A stretch of DNA of 64,000 bases from a virus (IMGVR_UViG_3300036399_001023); one strand, 5' to 3'; counted from the first letter of the stretch, positions 53,459 through 62,927 are shown. Notes: a model not told the origin generated them from the sequence alone. Made by a program: numbers and translations.

Positions 53459-53665
53459 TCAGTTGCGGGTCTTAGCCCTAGAAACATGCTCTCGACGTGC
53501 CAGCTCTTCCTTGATTGCGGCTTTTTGGTGCTCAAACCGCTTAGTTGCGGAACCCTCTTCGTCTTCGTCGTAGGCGAAGCTAGAAAAATTTGCACGATAG
53601 TATGTTAGCAACCGGTGAGTTGGCAATTTGAGAAGGGTTTCGAGTGAGTTGCGATTCGGGTCCAT
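53459..53665 (-). CDS. hypothetical protein
   Basis: ORF track 68 aa. Confidence 0.3.
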   Translation of the reverse strand: MDPNRNSLETLLKLPTHRLLTYYRANFSSFAYDEDEEGSATKRFEHQKAAIKEELARREHVSRAKTRN

Positions 53666-53717
53666 GCGAGTCTCAGGGGGTTGGGTGATTTAGGTTGGGG
53701 TTGGGAGTGCGGGGTAA

Positions 53718-54059
53718 CTAATCATTCTCAAATTCCTTCCTTAACGTTTCGTACCTTTGCCGCCGCACTTCCTTTGCAATAGCTTCTTTTTGCGCCTTTT
53801 GACCAAGAGCCTTCACCCTTTTGTCCCGCTCTTCGTTTGTTTCTGGGCGGTGCTTGTAGAGATCGTACACATCAGACCCAAACCAACAAGTATACTCAAT
53901 ACCCTCCCAACCCTCTTTCTCGAGCTTGTCAAGAGCTCTCTTAATGTCGCTAAACTTCCCACAGAAAGTGGTTTCATTGTTGAGAATACAGGTCTCTTTA
54001 ATCGTGATGTTCTCAGCGAGGTTTGCCATTGGTTCGAGTATCTCTACTAGAGTAATCAT
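53718..54059 (-). CDS. hypothetical protein
   Basis: ORF track 121 aa, start trimmed. Confidence 0.35.
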   Translation of the reverse strand: MITLVEILEPMANLAENITIKETCILNNETTFCGKFSDIKRALDKLEKEGWEGIEYTCWFGSDVYDLYKHRPETNEERDKRVKALGQKAQKEAIAKEVRRQRYETLRKEFEND

Positions 54060-54097
54060 ACCATCTTTGCCGAGCAAAGACAAGGGTGGAAACCGTC
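54051..54097 (-). promoter_or_regulatory. intergenic terminator-promoter cassette
   Basis: agtaatcatacca-tctttgccgagcaaaga-caagggtggaaaccgtcc. Confidence 0.45.
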
Positions 54098-54113
54098 CTC
54101 GGCGCCCATAGTG

Positions 54114-54518
54114 TCAAAGCTTTGGAAAAAGCAGACGATACGTGAGAATGCTATCCGTTATCTTGTCCACGGTGTGGTTAACGGCTGAAAGGGAGTCAAG
54201 CTTTGCGGAAAGCTGTTGAATAGCCTCAATGAGTTGCTGAATTTGCTGCGGGTCTAGCGTGGGGGTTGCCATAGGCTTGTAAGTTTGTCTCTCCGGGTTA
54301 GTGGGAGATGCCCACTGTTGGTACGCTGTTTCTAGATCTTTGACTTTGTTTGGGTTGGCTACAGGGTAATACCCGTGGATATCATAACCTGTGGACTCGA
54401 GCCATTCTGGTGGTATCTCTCTCGGACTTACTCTGCGGTAAAAGTTTCCGTCGTCAAAGATAAAGTCGTCTCTTAAAGGGTTCGAGTCGTGTCTTCTCTG
54501 GTGGGTTAGGAGTTTCAT
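54114..54518 (-). CDS. hypothetical protein
   Basis: ORF track 134 aa. Confidence 0.4.
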   Translation of the reverse strand: MKLLTHQRRHDSNPLRDDFIFDDGNFYRRVSPREIPPEWLESTGYDIHGYYPVANPNKVKDLETAYQQWASPTNPERQTYKPMATPTLDPQQIQQLIEAIQQLSAKLDSLSAVNHTVDKITDSILTYRLLFPKL

Positions 54519-54801
54519 TCGGTGGCTGTGTACCTTGGAGTCTCGTTGAAGGTTTCTCTAGCTATGTTGAACAATTTTGTGTGGGTTTAAGGTAACCGCC
54601 CTTGGATCGCCTTCTGCACTTCAATCGGTCGTTGGCATCAGACAGAGCTCGGGACTTTAGACGATTGTGTTCCTGAGCTCTCTTTGTAGAAATATCCGGT
54701 TAAACGTTCGGCGGCATCAAGGGGGTCGAAACTTAGGATCTTGTCGAAGGTTTCGCTAGTTGGGTTGGGCACTTTCTTGTAGTAGGTTACCAGAGCAAAG
54801 G

Positions 54802-55146
54802 TCAGACCTTCGGTTGTTTCGACGCCCATTCCAAAACTGCGGCTTTCTCCACTGAGGAAAGCTTAGACAAGGCAAGTCCTACAAGTTGCTCTGCTTCTTT
54901 CTCACGAAGACGGTCCCCTTCGGTACGCTTGAGCCATTCTCCGCAGGTTTCGTCAGCCCAAGTGCGGGATCTAGCATCGTACGGGTTCCATTTAAACCCC
55001 TCTTGTTCGGGAGACATCTCTGTGATCTCAGTCACAGTCTTTGTCGGGTCGCTGTCCCCGATCTCAAAGTCTCTGGCCTGTTTTGCGTCTTCGGCCAGCA
55101 CAAAGTCAAATTCGTACCGCTCAACTTTGAAAAGTTTCTGTGCCAT
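54802..55146 (-). CDS. hypothetical protein
   Basis: ORF track 114 aa. Confidence 0.4.
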   Translation of the reverse strand: MAQKLFKVERYEFDFVLAEDAKQARDFEIGDSDPTKTVTEITEMSPEQEGFKWNPYDARSRTWADETCGEWLKRTEGDRLREKEAEQLVGLALSKLSSVEKAAVLEWASKQPKV

Positions 55147-55170
55147 TTGAAGAGTCTTTGGGGGTCACAA

Positions 55171-55242
55171 GTTAAGTATACCGCTTTCCTCTCGGAAAGG
55201 CAAGGCGGGGAAACCGCCCCGGAGCAAACGGTTAACCGCCCC
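55171..55242 (-). promoter_or_regulatory. intergenic terminator-promoter cassette (double hairpin)
   Basis: gttaagtataccg-ctttcctctcggaaagg-caaggcggggaaaccgcccc..acggttaaccgcccc. Confidence 0.55.
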
Positions 55243-55612
55243 AACGCGGAGCCCGAAGCTCTTCGAGTCTTTTGCTTCTCGTGGACCGGGGAATTCGACC
55301 TGGTACAACAAACAGGGACCATCGTCCAGCCCAGATGATTCGTCCCCAGGTATTGACACAGCCCCCTGATGAAGGGTTTGAGTTTACCCACCGAAAGTTC
55401 CCTAGCGCACCTGATCTCGAGTTGACGTGGATAAACCGGCAGTCAACATGTGGAGGTAAGGCTGACTCACTGTGATCGTAGTCGTCAGGACACTCCAGGA
55501 CATCGAAAGAGTCTTTTACCGAGTAGTAAAAGCGAAGCCATGCGGTTCGAAAGTTCATGGTGAAGTCAGGAGTAGTATTCGTCAAGATCAAAGTCCTGAA
55601 GCAACCCGTCAA
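55232..55612 (-). CDS. hypothetical protein
   Basis: ORF track 126 aa. Confidence 0.35.
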   Translation of the reverse strand: MTGCFRTLILTNTTPDFTMNFRTAWLRFYYSVKDSFDVLECPDDYDHSESALPPHVDCRFIHVNSRSGALGNFRWVNSNPSSGGCVNTWGRIIWAGRWSLFVVPGRIPRSTRSKRLEELRAPRWGG

Positions 55613-55829
55613 AAGGTTCTTTGCAGCCGGTGTAAGCGTAAAGCTTATCGTTCATGGCATACCACGAAACACTCAGCAGGTACCAGAAAGTTGCGTGGTG
55701 GCCGTCGTGCCAGAAAAGACCTTCAGTGTCACAATTGAGGGCCCAAAGGGTAGTTTCCTGTGGTACCGAAATCCAATTCTTCCAGTAGTTAAATGTTTTT
55801 ATTGTGAGTTGAAGAGAATTTGGTGTCAT
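55566..55829 (-). CDS. hypothetical protein
   Basis: ORF track 87 aa. Confidence 0.35.
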   Translation of the reverse strand: MTPNSLQLTIKTFNYWKNWISVPQETTLWALNCDTEGLFWHDGHHATFWYLLSVSWYAMNDKLYAYTGCKEPFDGLLQDFDLDEYYS

Positions 55830-55940
55830 TCTGCTTTAGGTCTCCCACTTGCGTCGTAAGGGCTAGACTTATTTGACCGCACTACTGGCGGTGTCGGTAA
55901 AACTGGTTTTCGTGGAGTGTACGGTGATTGATTTCCGTTG

Positions 55941-56420
55941 TTACTGGTCATTTGGGGTCTCGTGTTTACTGGTTCTTGAGGTTGAGCAGATGATTGTAAC
56001 GTTTATCACGCCATTGCCGATATCTTGCGGAGAGTTGTTTGAATCGTCGCAAAAAACTTTCCAGTTTAGTACTGGCACAGACGGTGGTGGGATGTACTTT
56101 ACAATCACGTCTCGTAGAGAGTCCTTGAGGGTTTCCACGTTAGACGCGTCTAAGCATTTACCATTAAAGGGCTCAAAAGCGTCTTTTAGATCGTTGCGAA
56201 CTCCCTCCAAACACTTGCTTGCGTAAATTTCACGTGCGGACCCCTCAGCTTCTTTGAGGCTACCCCAAGGACCCGATTGTTCTTCCTCGTTCAACCAGCA
56301 CCACTCACAGTGGTTGTACGCGTATATTTCTACGTGATTGCAACTCACTTCCTCTCCGGGTAGGGGCGGAAAGTCAATAAAGTAGCTACCACCGGATTTG
56401 TACAGAGGATACTGTGTCAT
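55941..56420 (-). CDS. hypothetical protein
   Basis: ORF track 159 aa. Confidence 0.4.
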   Translation of the reverse strand: MTQYPLYKSGGSYFIDFPPLPGEEVSCNHVEIYAYNHCEWCWLNEEEQSGPWGSLKEAEGSAREIYASKCLEGVRNDLKDAFEPFNGKCLDASNVETLKDSLRDVIVKYIPPPSVPVLNWKVFCDDSNNSPQDIGNGVINVTIICSTSRTSKHETPNDQ

Positions 56421-56443
56421 TTTTGTATGGGTCTTGGCTACTT

Positions 56444-56510
56444 GGTTATTTTACCGCTTTTTCGGAGCATAAACAAGGCGGAGAACCGCCCCAAAGCAAG
56501 CGGTTAACCG
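56444..56510 (-). promoter_or_regulatory. intergenic terminator-promoter cassette
   Basis: ggttattttaccg...aaacaaggcggagaaccgcccc..gcggttaaccg. Confidence 0.45.
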
Positions 56511-56520
56511 AATAGGCGGG

Positions 56521-56709
56521 CTAGTGGCCATCTGCGTCTAAAACTAAGTAAGTCCAACCACCGGCAATTACTGACACCGTTAGAATTTCAGGGGGCCAGC
56601 CCTGTCTCAAGGCACCATAAGCTGATCCGCACGCCACGGCAAAGTACAGGGTGAGTTCAGCCAGCAACTTCACTCCTTTCATCGCCGATTTGACTTTTTT
56701 ATTTGGCAC
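56521..56709 (-). CDS. small membrane protein
   Basis: ORF track 62 aa, hydrophobic. Confidence 0.3.
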   Translation of the reverse strand: MPNKKVKSAMKGVKLLAELTLYFAVACGSAYGALRQGWPPEILTVSVIAGGWTYLVLDADGH

Positions 56710-56712
56710 GGG

Positions 56713-56991
56713 CTAACCCTCTAAAACTATGACTCTCTTCGTTACCATGGGAATTTCGATGTTAACAAGTTCACCCTTAACTTCGTCTCTATACTCGCAT
56801 TTAGTATTCACGAAGGAGTAGTGATCGATGTTACTCTGCCACTTTGTAGTGTAGTTACAATGATTAACTTCCATGTTATCAATGGAAAACTCGTTTTCAA
56901 AGTGATAGCCGTGTTTTCTGCGAGTAGCCAGGATAACTTCGAAGTCGTCAGGGTGCTGGCTTAGGATTTCTTGTAGGCGTTTATTTAACAT
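56713..56991 (-). CDS. hypothetical protein
   Basis: ORF track 92 aa. Confidence 0.35.
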   Translation of the reverse strand: MLNKRLQEILSQHPDDFEVILATRRKHGYHFENEFSIDNMEVNHCNYTTKWQSNIDHYSFVNTKCEYRDEVKGELVNIEIPMVTKRVIVLEG

Positions 56992-56998
56992 GGTTAGC

Positions 56999-57376
56999 TC
57001 AGTCGTAAAGGTCCCAAAGATTTCTATAGGTAATATCTTGAGTTATGGAATCCAGTTTAACCTGCCCATTACCAATAAGGTCTGTAATTCTCTGTAGTTC
57101 TCCGAGTATCTTATGCCCATGAACGGAGTCGTCCGGTGTGGTTTGCTCAGGGTTGCTGTTTTGCTGGGCGGGTAGCGTATAGCTCCCACTCAATGCTTCC
57201 GTAGCCGTCTCTAGGCACCTTTTGCAAGGAATTAAGCGACCCTCGTTCATTTGAGCGTGCGCAGCATGGTCTAAACTCTGAAACACCCAGTCGGAGCTAC
57301 AAAGGGTTCTCCCGCACCAGGACGTTCCCTTCATGTCCTCGTGGGTGTGTCGTATACACTGCCCAGAGTCAGACAT
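56999..57376 (-). CDS. Cys-rich hypothetical protein
   Basis: ORF track 157 aa trimmed to MSDSGQCIRHTHED... Confidence 0.3.
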   Translation of the reverse strand: MSDSGQCIRHTHEDMKGTSWCGRTLCSSDWVFQSLDHAAHAQMNEGRLIPCKRCLETATEALSGSYTLPAQQNSNPEQTTPDDSVHGHKILGELQRITDLIGNGQVKLDSITQDITYRNLWDLYD

Positions 57377-57959
57377 AGACGTACTCACGCCACTCTTCAA
57401 CTTCCGCCGTGCTGATTGTAACGGACATTTTGCTGTAAGGTGCCTTCGGTTTTGAGGCGAGAGTGGTGCCACGTCGAGTGACGCGGGTTTCCATCATCCC
57501 AATCTGAAAGCTATCCCAGCTGAAAGGCAGCGAAGAGACATTCGTGGTTTCCTTTGCAAACACCTTCTTTAGGGCAACCGCCCACTCTTCCGGAGTGCGA
57601 TTGTCCTTGCAATTGTTGCACTCAAGGCAGCTGGTGACAAGGTTTTGCCAAGTGTCCTGCCCTCCTCTTGACTTCGGCATCACATGGTCCAAGGTTAGTT
57701 TCGGACCGGAGTACTCGCAATACTGGCAGGTGTGATTGTCCCGTTTTAGAATCAAGGTGCGAGAGGGCTTCGCCGCTGCCATCTTGGCTTGGGGAACCTT
57801 AACGTACGTCTTTAGGCGAATGGTGCGGCTGGACACGACATGGGCCTTATCCTTCAACACAAGCACTCTAGCTCTACGCCATGAGGTCTGGTTCAAGGGT
57901 TCGTACGTGGCATTTAAAACCAGAATGGTTTTCTTGTATGCGATTGTCTTGTAGTCCAT
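57369..57959 (-). CDS. HNH endonuclease
   Basis: HTCQYCEYSGPKLTLDHVMPKSRGGQDTWQNLVTSCLECNNCK (HNH with zinc Cys pairs). Confidence 0.7.
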   Translation of the reverse strand: MDYKTIAYKKTILVLNATYEPLNQTSWRRARVLVLKDKAHVVSSRTIRLKTYVKVPQAKMAAAKPSRTLILKRDNHTCQYCEYSGPKLTLDHVMPKSRGGQDTWQNLVTSCLECNNCKDNRTPEEWAVALKKVFAKETTNVSSLPFSWDSFQIGMMETRVTRRGTTLASKPKAPYSKMSVTISTAEVEEWREYVYV

Positions 57960-58058
57960 GACCTTGGTGATTTAAGTGTTTCCCCATCGCACGAGGGAAC
58001 GTCAGTTCTTTCAGAATTATACCCCGGAACAGGGGGTGTAAACCCCCTTGTACCAAGC

Positions 58059-59573
58059 CTAAGCTGCGGGGTTGAGAAGTCGAGTACGAATGTTAGGCAG
58101 TGAGTTCACATCCTCCCCGTAAACCACGCTGTTTAAGAACACGGTGCGAAGCTCGCCTCGCCGCTCTTGCTCACGAGTCTGCTGTTGATGAAGAACAAAG
58201 TTCTCCCCATCCTTTTCAACTCGCAGTAGACCCAACGCCGATTTTTTCGTGCCGCGATCTGTAATAGGGTCCTTCATAGTTTCAACGGCGACACCGTTAA
58301 TTTGCCCCCAGGTCGTTTTGTATGCGATACCGAACGTGTCCCGTGTATGGTATTGATAGGTGTAGGACCCGATACCAAACACGATGTTTTCGGACGCCCA
58401 CCCAAGCTGCCTCATGTGCTCTAGGATGGCCCTGGCTCGTGGAAGAGTGATCGAGTCGCCGTAAATTAAGCCAACTCGAGGGTTCAGCACCTTGAAACCC
58501 TTCTCGTTCACAGTCCCACCGAAGACCTCCCAAAGGAGCTCAAGCGAGCCTTTGTACTCTCGGCTACCTGGCTCAGCGTCAGCGTCACCGCAGATAATTT
58601 TCTCAGGGTCACCGCTGTCGGGACGGAAGACGACCTTGGCCAGCCCTAGCCCGTTTGGCTTACGGCTCAGAATAGCTTCTTTCAGTTTGGGTGCAGTAAC
58701 TGTGAGAGTGTCCCAGTAATTCCACGTGTCACTGACTACACTAATAACCCCCGAGGGGTAAACTTTCGAGATAATCCGGCGAATTGTCTCGACTTCGTTT
58801 TCCCTGCCTCCGAGGCAAGTTACACTGTGTTCTGTGGCGGGGACACTCCCACCAATAAACTCTGAACCGCAATCGTAGTAATCCTCCAAATAGTCAATGG
58901 AAAGGATTGTGTCCGTGCCCTTGAAGGAGAAAAGGTGGCCGATTTGGTGCGCAGCGGCATCGTGAATGCCTCCGACTCCGCGAGCGGAGAAGTCGTGCCC
59001 CTGAAAGTCAACAAACTGCGGATTACTCCCTGTGATTTCAGCGTAGTGGTCGAGAAGACGGCGAAACTCGTAGGCGATGGTTGCCACGTTGATGGCCTTC
59101 CACAGCTCAGACGACTTGGCGGTTTCGACATAGTTGGTTAGCCACGGGGCCAGCCACTTGAAGTCATTGTGAGTGTTTTGCGCCGTCAAAAACGGCACTC
59201 CAATGTTAACACGGCTACCCTCGGGCAGTGCCTTCACATGTAGCGGCATGTAGCCCAGGTCGTGAAGCTCAGCAATGTGGTCAGTGCCGACAACACCTTC
59301 TCCGAGCGAGGAGTCCATTCGCCGCTTGTATTTGTCCAACACCTTGGCCTTGGGTTGCTGAAAAAAGGTCTCATTCCAAAGATCCCTCAGCATCCACTTC
59401 ATTGTCCCTTGAATGTTCGCTACAACGATCTTGTGGTCGAAGTCAGCGGGCATGTTCGCCAGACGGTCGGACCTTGCCGTCATGTTGGCGTAGATTACTT
59501 CGGTGCCTTCAGGGTTTTGCGAAGGGTGTCCCGTCTTGTAAAAGTCGGTTGCGTGGGGCGCAAAAATTTTCAT
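58059..59573 (-). CDS. nadV: nicotinamide phosphoribosyltransferase family protein (NadV/NAMPT; alternatively Namat-type ADPR-transferase of NARP1)
   Basis: 504 aa; N-terminus MKIFAPHATDFYKTGH and overall length typical of NAMPT; ATGA overlap with upstream Prs-like gene. Confidence 0.75.
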   Translation of the reverse strand: MKIFAPHATDFYKTGHPSQNPEGTEVIYANMTARSDRLANMPADFDHKIVVANIQGTMKWMLRDLWNETFFQQPKAKVLDKYKRRMDSSLGEGVVGTDHIAELHDLGYMPLHVKALPEGSRVNIGVPFLTAQNTHNDFKWLAPWLTNYVETAKSSELWKAINVATIAYEFRRLLDHYAEITGSNPQFVDFQGHDFSARGVGGIHDAAAHQIGHLFSFKGTDTILSIDYLEDYYDCGSEFIGGSVPATEHSVTCLGGRENEVETIRRIISKVYPSGVISVVSDTWNYWDTLTVTAPKLKEAILSRKPNGLGLAKVVFRPDSGDPEKIICGDADAEPGSREYKGSLELLWEVFGGTVNEKGFKVLNPRVGLIYGDSITLPRARAILEHMRQLGWASENIVFGIGSYTYQYHTRDTFGIAYKTTWGQINGVAVETMKDPITDRGTKKSALGLLRVEKDGENFVLHQQQTREQERRGELRTVFLNSVVYGEDVNSLPNIRTRLLNPAA

Positions 59574-60583
59574 GGTTGGTTGCGTGGGGTGGGGTAGTTT
59601 TCGGTACGAAGGTAGGTCAAGTACGAGGGTAACTCTTGGTAAAAGGCTTTATACGGGAGCAAGTTCGCAACGAAAAAGTTGTCGATTAAGCTCCCAAACA
59701 CCTTAAAACCCTTGGAGAAAATTCCGTGAGTTACATAGAGGTCAATTCGAGACGGGTCGAACTGACGTAGCACCTTGGCGAGTTCGATAAAGGTGCGACC
59801 GCCATCGCAGATGTCGTCCACAATCAGAAGGTTTTTGCCCTTGTAACTGACGTCTTCTGGAACTTCCGTCCTTAGGATTTGCCCGTCTTCAGGGTTGCGA
59901 ACTTTCGTAGCGTACACTACAGAGTGGAGCCCCAGTGTTTGTTGTACGAGGGTTGCTCTTTCGACTGCACCTTTATCCGGAGCAATCACAATTGTCTCAG
60001 CACTAAACTCTTGCCCCCGGTCTTTGAACTTCTGGAGAAACAGTTGGGGTTGTAGGTTGTTGAACTCGCAGCCGATTTCGGTTCGAAAGAGCTCATTTGC
60101 AACGTGGCTGTGCACGTCCCATGTGTACACCCGGTCGCACACTCCCTTAAGATAAGGGGCGAGAGCTTTTACAAAAGTTCTTAGCGAAAACGCTTCCCCT
60201 TCAGCGCACTGGCGGTCTTGGCGGCTATAAGGTAAGTACGGGATGTCCAATTGTAGACTTCGCAGCACAGGAAGGTCTTTGATGGCCGACAGAGTCAGAA
60301 GAAGTTCTGCGAAACTTTCTCCGCTGTGTATGTCTGCGTCTACGATAATGTCAGTCGAATTTGTTGGAGTGTCGTGCAACCGGACCTGCCTTTCACCGGC
60401 ACTGAACGTAAAGGAGGTCTTTGAAATCTTGTACAGGTTTTGTCCGTCGCGATTCGAGTAAACCTCAATCGGCTCTGTTTTCTGATACTCTTTAGTTTCG
60501 GTCACGTGCATTGTTGTTTTACGGTGTGAGCTTACTATAGCTTGTTTAGGGGCGAGGGTAAAGGACGGTTTCCCGCCGCGCAC
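59570..60583 (-). CDS. prs: ribose-phosphate pyrophosphokinase family protein (Prs; alternatively Adps-type ADPR pyrophosphokinase of NARP1)
   Basis: 337 aa; DLYVTHGIFS matches the Prs ribose-5-P binding loop; translationally coupled to NAMPT-like gene. Confidence 0.7.
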   Translation of the reverse strand: MRGGKPSFTLAPKQAIVSSHRKTTMHVTETKEYQKTEPIEVYSNRDGQNLYKISKTSFTFSAGERQVRLHDTPTNSTDIIVDADIHSGESFAELLLTLSAIKDLPVLRSLQLDIPYLPYSRQDRQCAEGEAFSLRTFVKALAPYLKGVCDRVYTWDVHSHVANELFRTEIGCEFNNLQPQLFLQKFKDRGQEFSAETIVIAPDKGAVERATLVQQTLGLHSVVYATKVRNPEDGQILRTEVPEDVSYKGKNLLIVDDICDGGRTFIELAKVLRQFDPSRIDLYVTHGIFSKGFKVFGSLIDNFFVANLLPYKAFYQELPSYLTYLRTENYPTPRNQP

Positions 60584-60592
60584 GGGGTAAAA

Positions 60593-60859
60593 CTAGACCT
60601 TGTACCCACTTCCGCTGCACTCGTACGGTAAGTCCTGCAGTACTCGATAGAAAAGCTCACGGTATGCCTCGAAGGCGACCCTATCCATCCACAACACGGC
60701 GGAGATCTGTATACCGGGGGACTCTGCAAATTCTTTCGCAGTTGAACGAAGGTAGCAGTCTCCAATCGCCCCGTCTCTCTCAAACTTCTCATAGTCTTCG
60801 ATTAGTTGTTGGAGGTTTTGCTTGGTCAGTGTTTGGATTCTGTCTCTAATGGGTATCAT
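60593..60859 (-). CDS. hypothetical protein
   Basis: ORF track 88 aa. Confidence 0.35.
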   Translation of the reverse strand: MIPIRDRIQTLTKQNLQQLIEDYEKFERDGAIGDCYLRSTAKEFAESPGIQISAVLWMDRVAFEAYRELFYRVLQDLPYECSGSGYKV

Positions 60860-60885
60860 TGGGTTTGCTCCGGCGAGTGGGTTAT

Positions 60886-61224
60886 CTAGGGAACGCTAGT
60901 GTGAAAGGGCGGTACATACTGAGCCTCTTCGGATAAGTCGAGACTTTCTTGCGCGAGTTGCTCGTAGGAGAGCAGCTTAATTGAGAGAGCACAATCGAAC
61001 GCTTTCGCCACTTTTACAAGAAGCTCTAGGCTATGGTCGTTTACCTCGGGGTCTTCTAACCTCTCTATAACTCCCACTTTAACTCCAGCCTTATCTGCAA
61101 GTTGTTGTTTTGTCAGACCTCGCTTTTGTCTGTTTATTTTTACTTGCCAGGAAATCGCTTGCTCAATGGATGCTTCCATATAAGCTTCCCGGTACTCTTT
61201 GTCGTCCCACTGCGGGTTTGTCAT
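60886..61224 (-). CDS. HTH (XRE-like) DNA-binding protein
   Basis: GLTKQQLADKAGVKVGVIERLE helix-turn-helix pattern; GAAGGA SD upstream. Confidence 0.4.
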   Translation of the reverse strand: MTNPQWDDKEYREAYMEASIEQAISWQVKINRQKRGLTKQQLADKAGVKVGVIERLEDPEVNDHSLELLVKVAKAFDCALSIKLLSYEQLAQESLDLSEEAQYVPPFHTSVP

Positions 61225-61240
61225 TACGGGTGTCCTTCAG

Positions 61241-61291
61241 CTCATTTAGTATACCGTTTCTGCTTTGCAGAGACAAGCCGGGAAACCGCCC
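61241..61291 (-). promoter_or_regulatory. cassette, CTCATTTAGTATACCG subfamily
   Basis: ctcatttagtataccg-tttctgctttgcagagac-aagccgggaaaccgccc. Confidence 0.55.
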
Positions 61292-61308
61292 AAAAGGTTA
61301 ACGTAGGT

Positions 61309-61650
61309 TTAGTTGGGGGCAGCCCGTAAGGGTTCCTCTGCTGCCGCCCTTAAAATCTCGTCTATTTGCCTGTGCGCCCTAGTGCTCTTCATACCAGAAA
61401 CAGCCTGCGTCATTTCTATAAATGACATTACGTGGTAAATCTGTTCCACCCAAAGAGGTTTATTGACATCGCTATCCTCGCTGTAGTCGTTTACATACAA
61501 TCCCTTCATCTCGTAGTACTGCTTAAGTGACATGCAAGGGTTTACACCCAGCTGCAAATAAACGTAGTTGCAACAAGCTTCTTCAAGGTCTAGTTCTGTC
61601 AACTTAGACCGCTCAAGTCGTTCTTTTATGTCCTGTCGAAAGTTGGTCAT
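61309..61650 (-). CDS. hypothetical protein
   Basis: ORF track 113 aa. Confidence 0.35.
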   Translation of the reverse strand: MTNFRQDIKERLERSKLTELDLEEACCNYVYLQLGVNPCMSLKQYYEMKGLYVNDYSEDSDVNKPLWVEQIYHVMSFIEMTQAVSGMKSTRAHRQIDEILRAAAEEPLRAAPN

Positions 61651-61715
61651 TTTGTGGGGAGGAGAAGTGAAAAAAGGAAAGAGGGGGGTTTCCCCTCCCT
61701 TTTATTAGACGGGGA

Positions 61716-62282
61716 TCAGAACTTGAAACCGAGGCCAACGGTGCCGACAGGTGCGTAGGCCGTCCCCGAAACACCATTCGTTTGAGTGGGGAACTTCACG
61801 TCAGCGAACCCGACGAGGGACGGCGAGAAGGAACGCTCAACACCTGCAACGAAGAGGAACTGGGATCCTTGTCCTACACTTGTCTGGTAGTTGGCTTGTC
61901 CGTTGTTCGTCAACGCCCATTGACCACCTACACCAACGTAAACGTTCGTGTCACTCATATACGAATCAGCAACTTCGCGTCCGGTTAAGGAGAAATCAAC
62001 GGTGCCAAGGACACCAGCGGCAGAGCCAATTTGGCTGTCGGGGCCAGCCGCAAAGTTAAAGAAAGGGCGAACAGAGGCGGATACATTGGATGGTTCGCTC
62101 AGACGGAACCGCGACTGAACCGCGACTCCAGCGACGGTGCGGTTCGAAGTGTACTCAGTACCGTCAACTCCTTGGCGGTTAAGATTCACTCCAACTCCGA
62201 CGTAGTTTCCAACCTCGGACGCCATTACAGGAGTTGACAGGAAGGAGACAACTGCCAATGCGGCAATAAGTTTAAAAGTCAT
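61716..62282 (-). CDS. secreted outer-membrane beta-barrel-like protein (Lom/Ail/OmpX-like), signal peptide, C-terminal Phe
   Basis: start moved to MTFKLIAALAVVSFLSTPVMA (signal peptide); alternating hydrophobic beta-strand pattern; ends GLGFKF. Confidence 0.45.
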   Translation of the reverse strand: MTFKLIAALAVVSFLSTPVMASEVGNYVGVGVNLNRQGVDGTEYTSNRTVAGVAVQSRFRLSEPSNVSASVRPFFNFAAGPDSQIGSAAGVLGTVDFSLTGREVADSYMSDTNVYVGVGGQWALTNNGQANYQTSVGQGSQFLFVAGVERSFSPSLVGFADVKFPTQTNGVSGTAYAPVGTVGLGFKF

Positions 62283-62406
62283 GTTTGTTTTTGTGTGTGT
62301 GTTTTCTGTACAGAACCGGGTTACAATTCCCGGAAAGTAGTTGTAAGGGTGCGAACCTTTGCAAAACTTTGCTAACCCTCTTAGAGTTACAACTACGGTG
62401 GTTGTG

Positions 62407-62652
62407 TTAGTTCTCAGGACTTGTGGAGCCATGGCCAGGGCCATAAGTGCAAAGAGCGACAGGGCTGCCGTTCTCCGTACCTTCGGTCCAGTTTCCCCCG
62501 GATCGAACACAGTCACTCATTCTGTACGGACTTTTACCGAATAGTAAACTCGATGAAATAGAAAGGAGTATGAGAGTGATGGACACGCAAATTACGAGTT
62601 CTAAGATGGTGAAGCCGTTGGGTTCTTTCTGCTTAAGCTGTAACATTTTCAT
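62407..62652 (-). CDS. type IV prepilin / pseudopilin-like protein
   Basis: N-terminal KQKEPNGFTILELVICVSITLILL = G|FT(L/I)(L/I)E prepilin-peptidase motif plus hydrophobic helix. Confidence 0.35.
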   Translation of the reverse strand: MKMLQLKQKEPNGFTILELVICVSITLILLSISSSLLFGKSPYRMSDCVRSGGNWTEGTENGSPVALCTYGPGHGSTSPEN

Positions 62653-62927
62653 GGATTAACCTCAAGAGAGTTACATTCGATGGTGAAAAACGGTGTTGCA
62701 CGGGTAGGCAATATTGTGAGTACAATCCCGAGCACTCTTGCAACATCTGCCACAAACCCCACGTCTACCTCGGAGCCACGCTCAATCTTTCGAAGAAGTT
62801 CTACGGGTATTTGTGCGGCAAACGCAATGTCCTGCTTGGACCATCCCTGAGAAAGCCGTGCTTCGCACAATTGAGTCCCAAATCGTTGAGCGGTGGCTGA
62901 ATCGTAGAAAATCATTGGGAAAGACAA
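62649..62927 (-). CDS. HTH XRE-family transcriptional regulator
   Basis: LSQGWSKQDIAFAAQIPVELLRKIERG. Confidence 0.45.
   Translation of the reverse strand: MSFPMIFYDSATAQRFGTQLCEARLSQGWSKQDIAFAAQIPVELLRKIERGSEVDVGFVADVARVLGIVLTILPTRATPFFTIECNSLEVNP

Noticed and set aside
62283-62420. (GT)n/(CA)n tract upstream of the OMP-like gene as a phase-variation repeat
   Set aside because: Only about 5 dinucleotide units, which is too short for efficient slipped-strand switching. Noted but not called.
61716-62516. Long N-terminal extensions in the ORF-track entries for the OMP-like gene (266 aa) and RlpA-like gene 62969..63598 (209 aa)
   Set aside because: The extensions are low-complexity, run through the promoter cassette or upstream regulatory DNA, and place the signal peptides internally. 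Internal Met starts were chosen.
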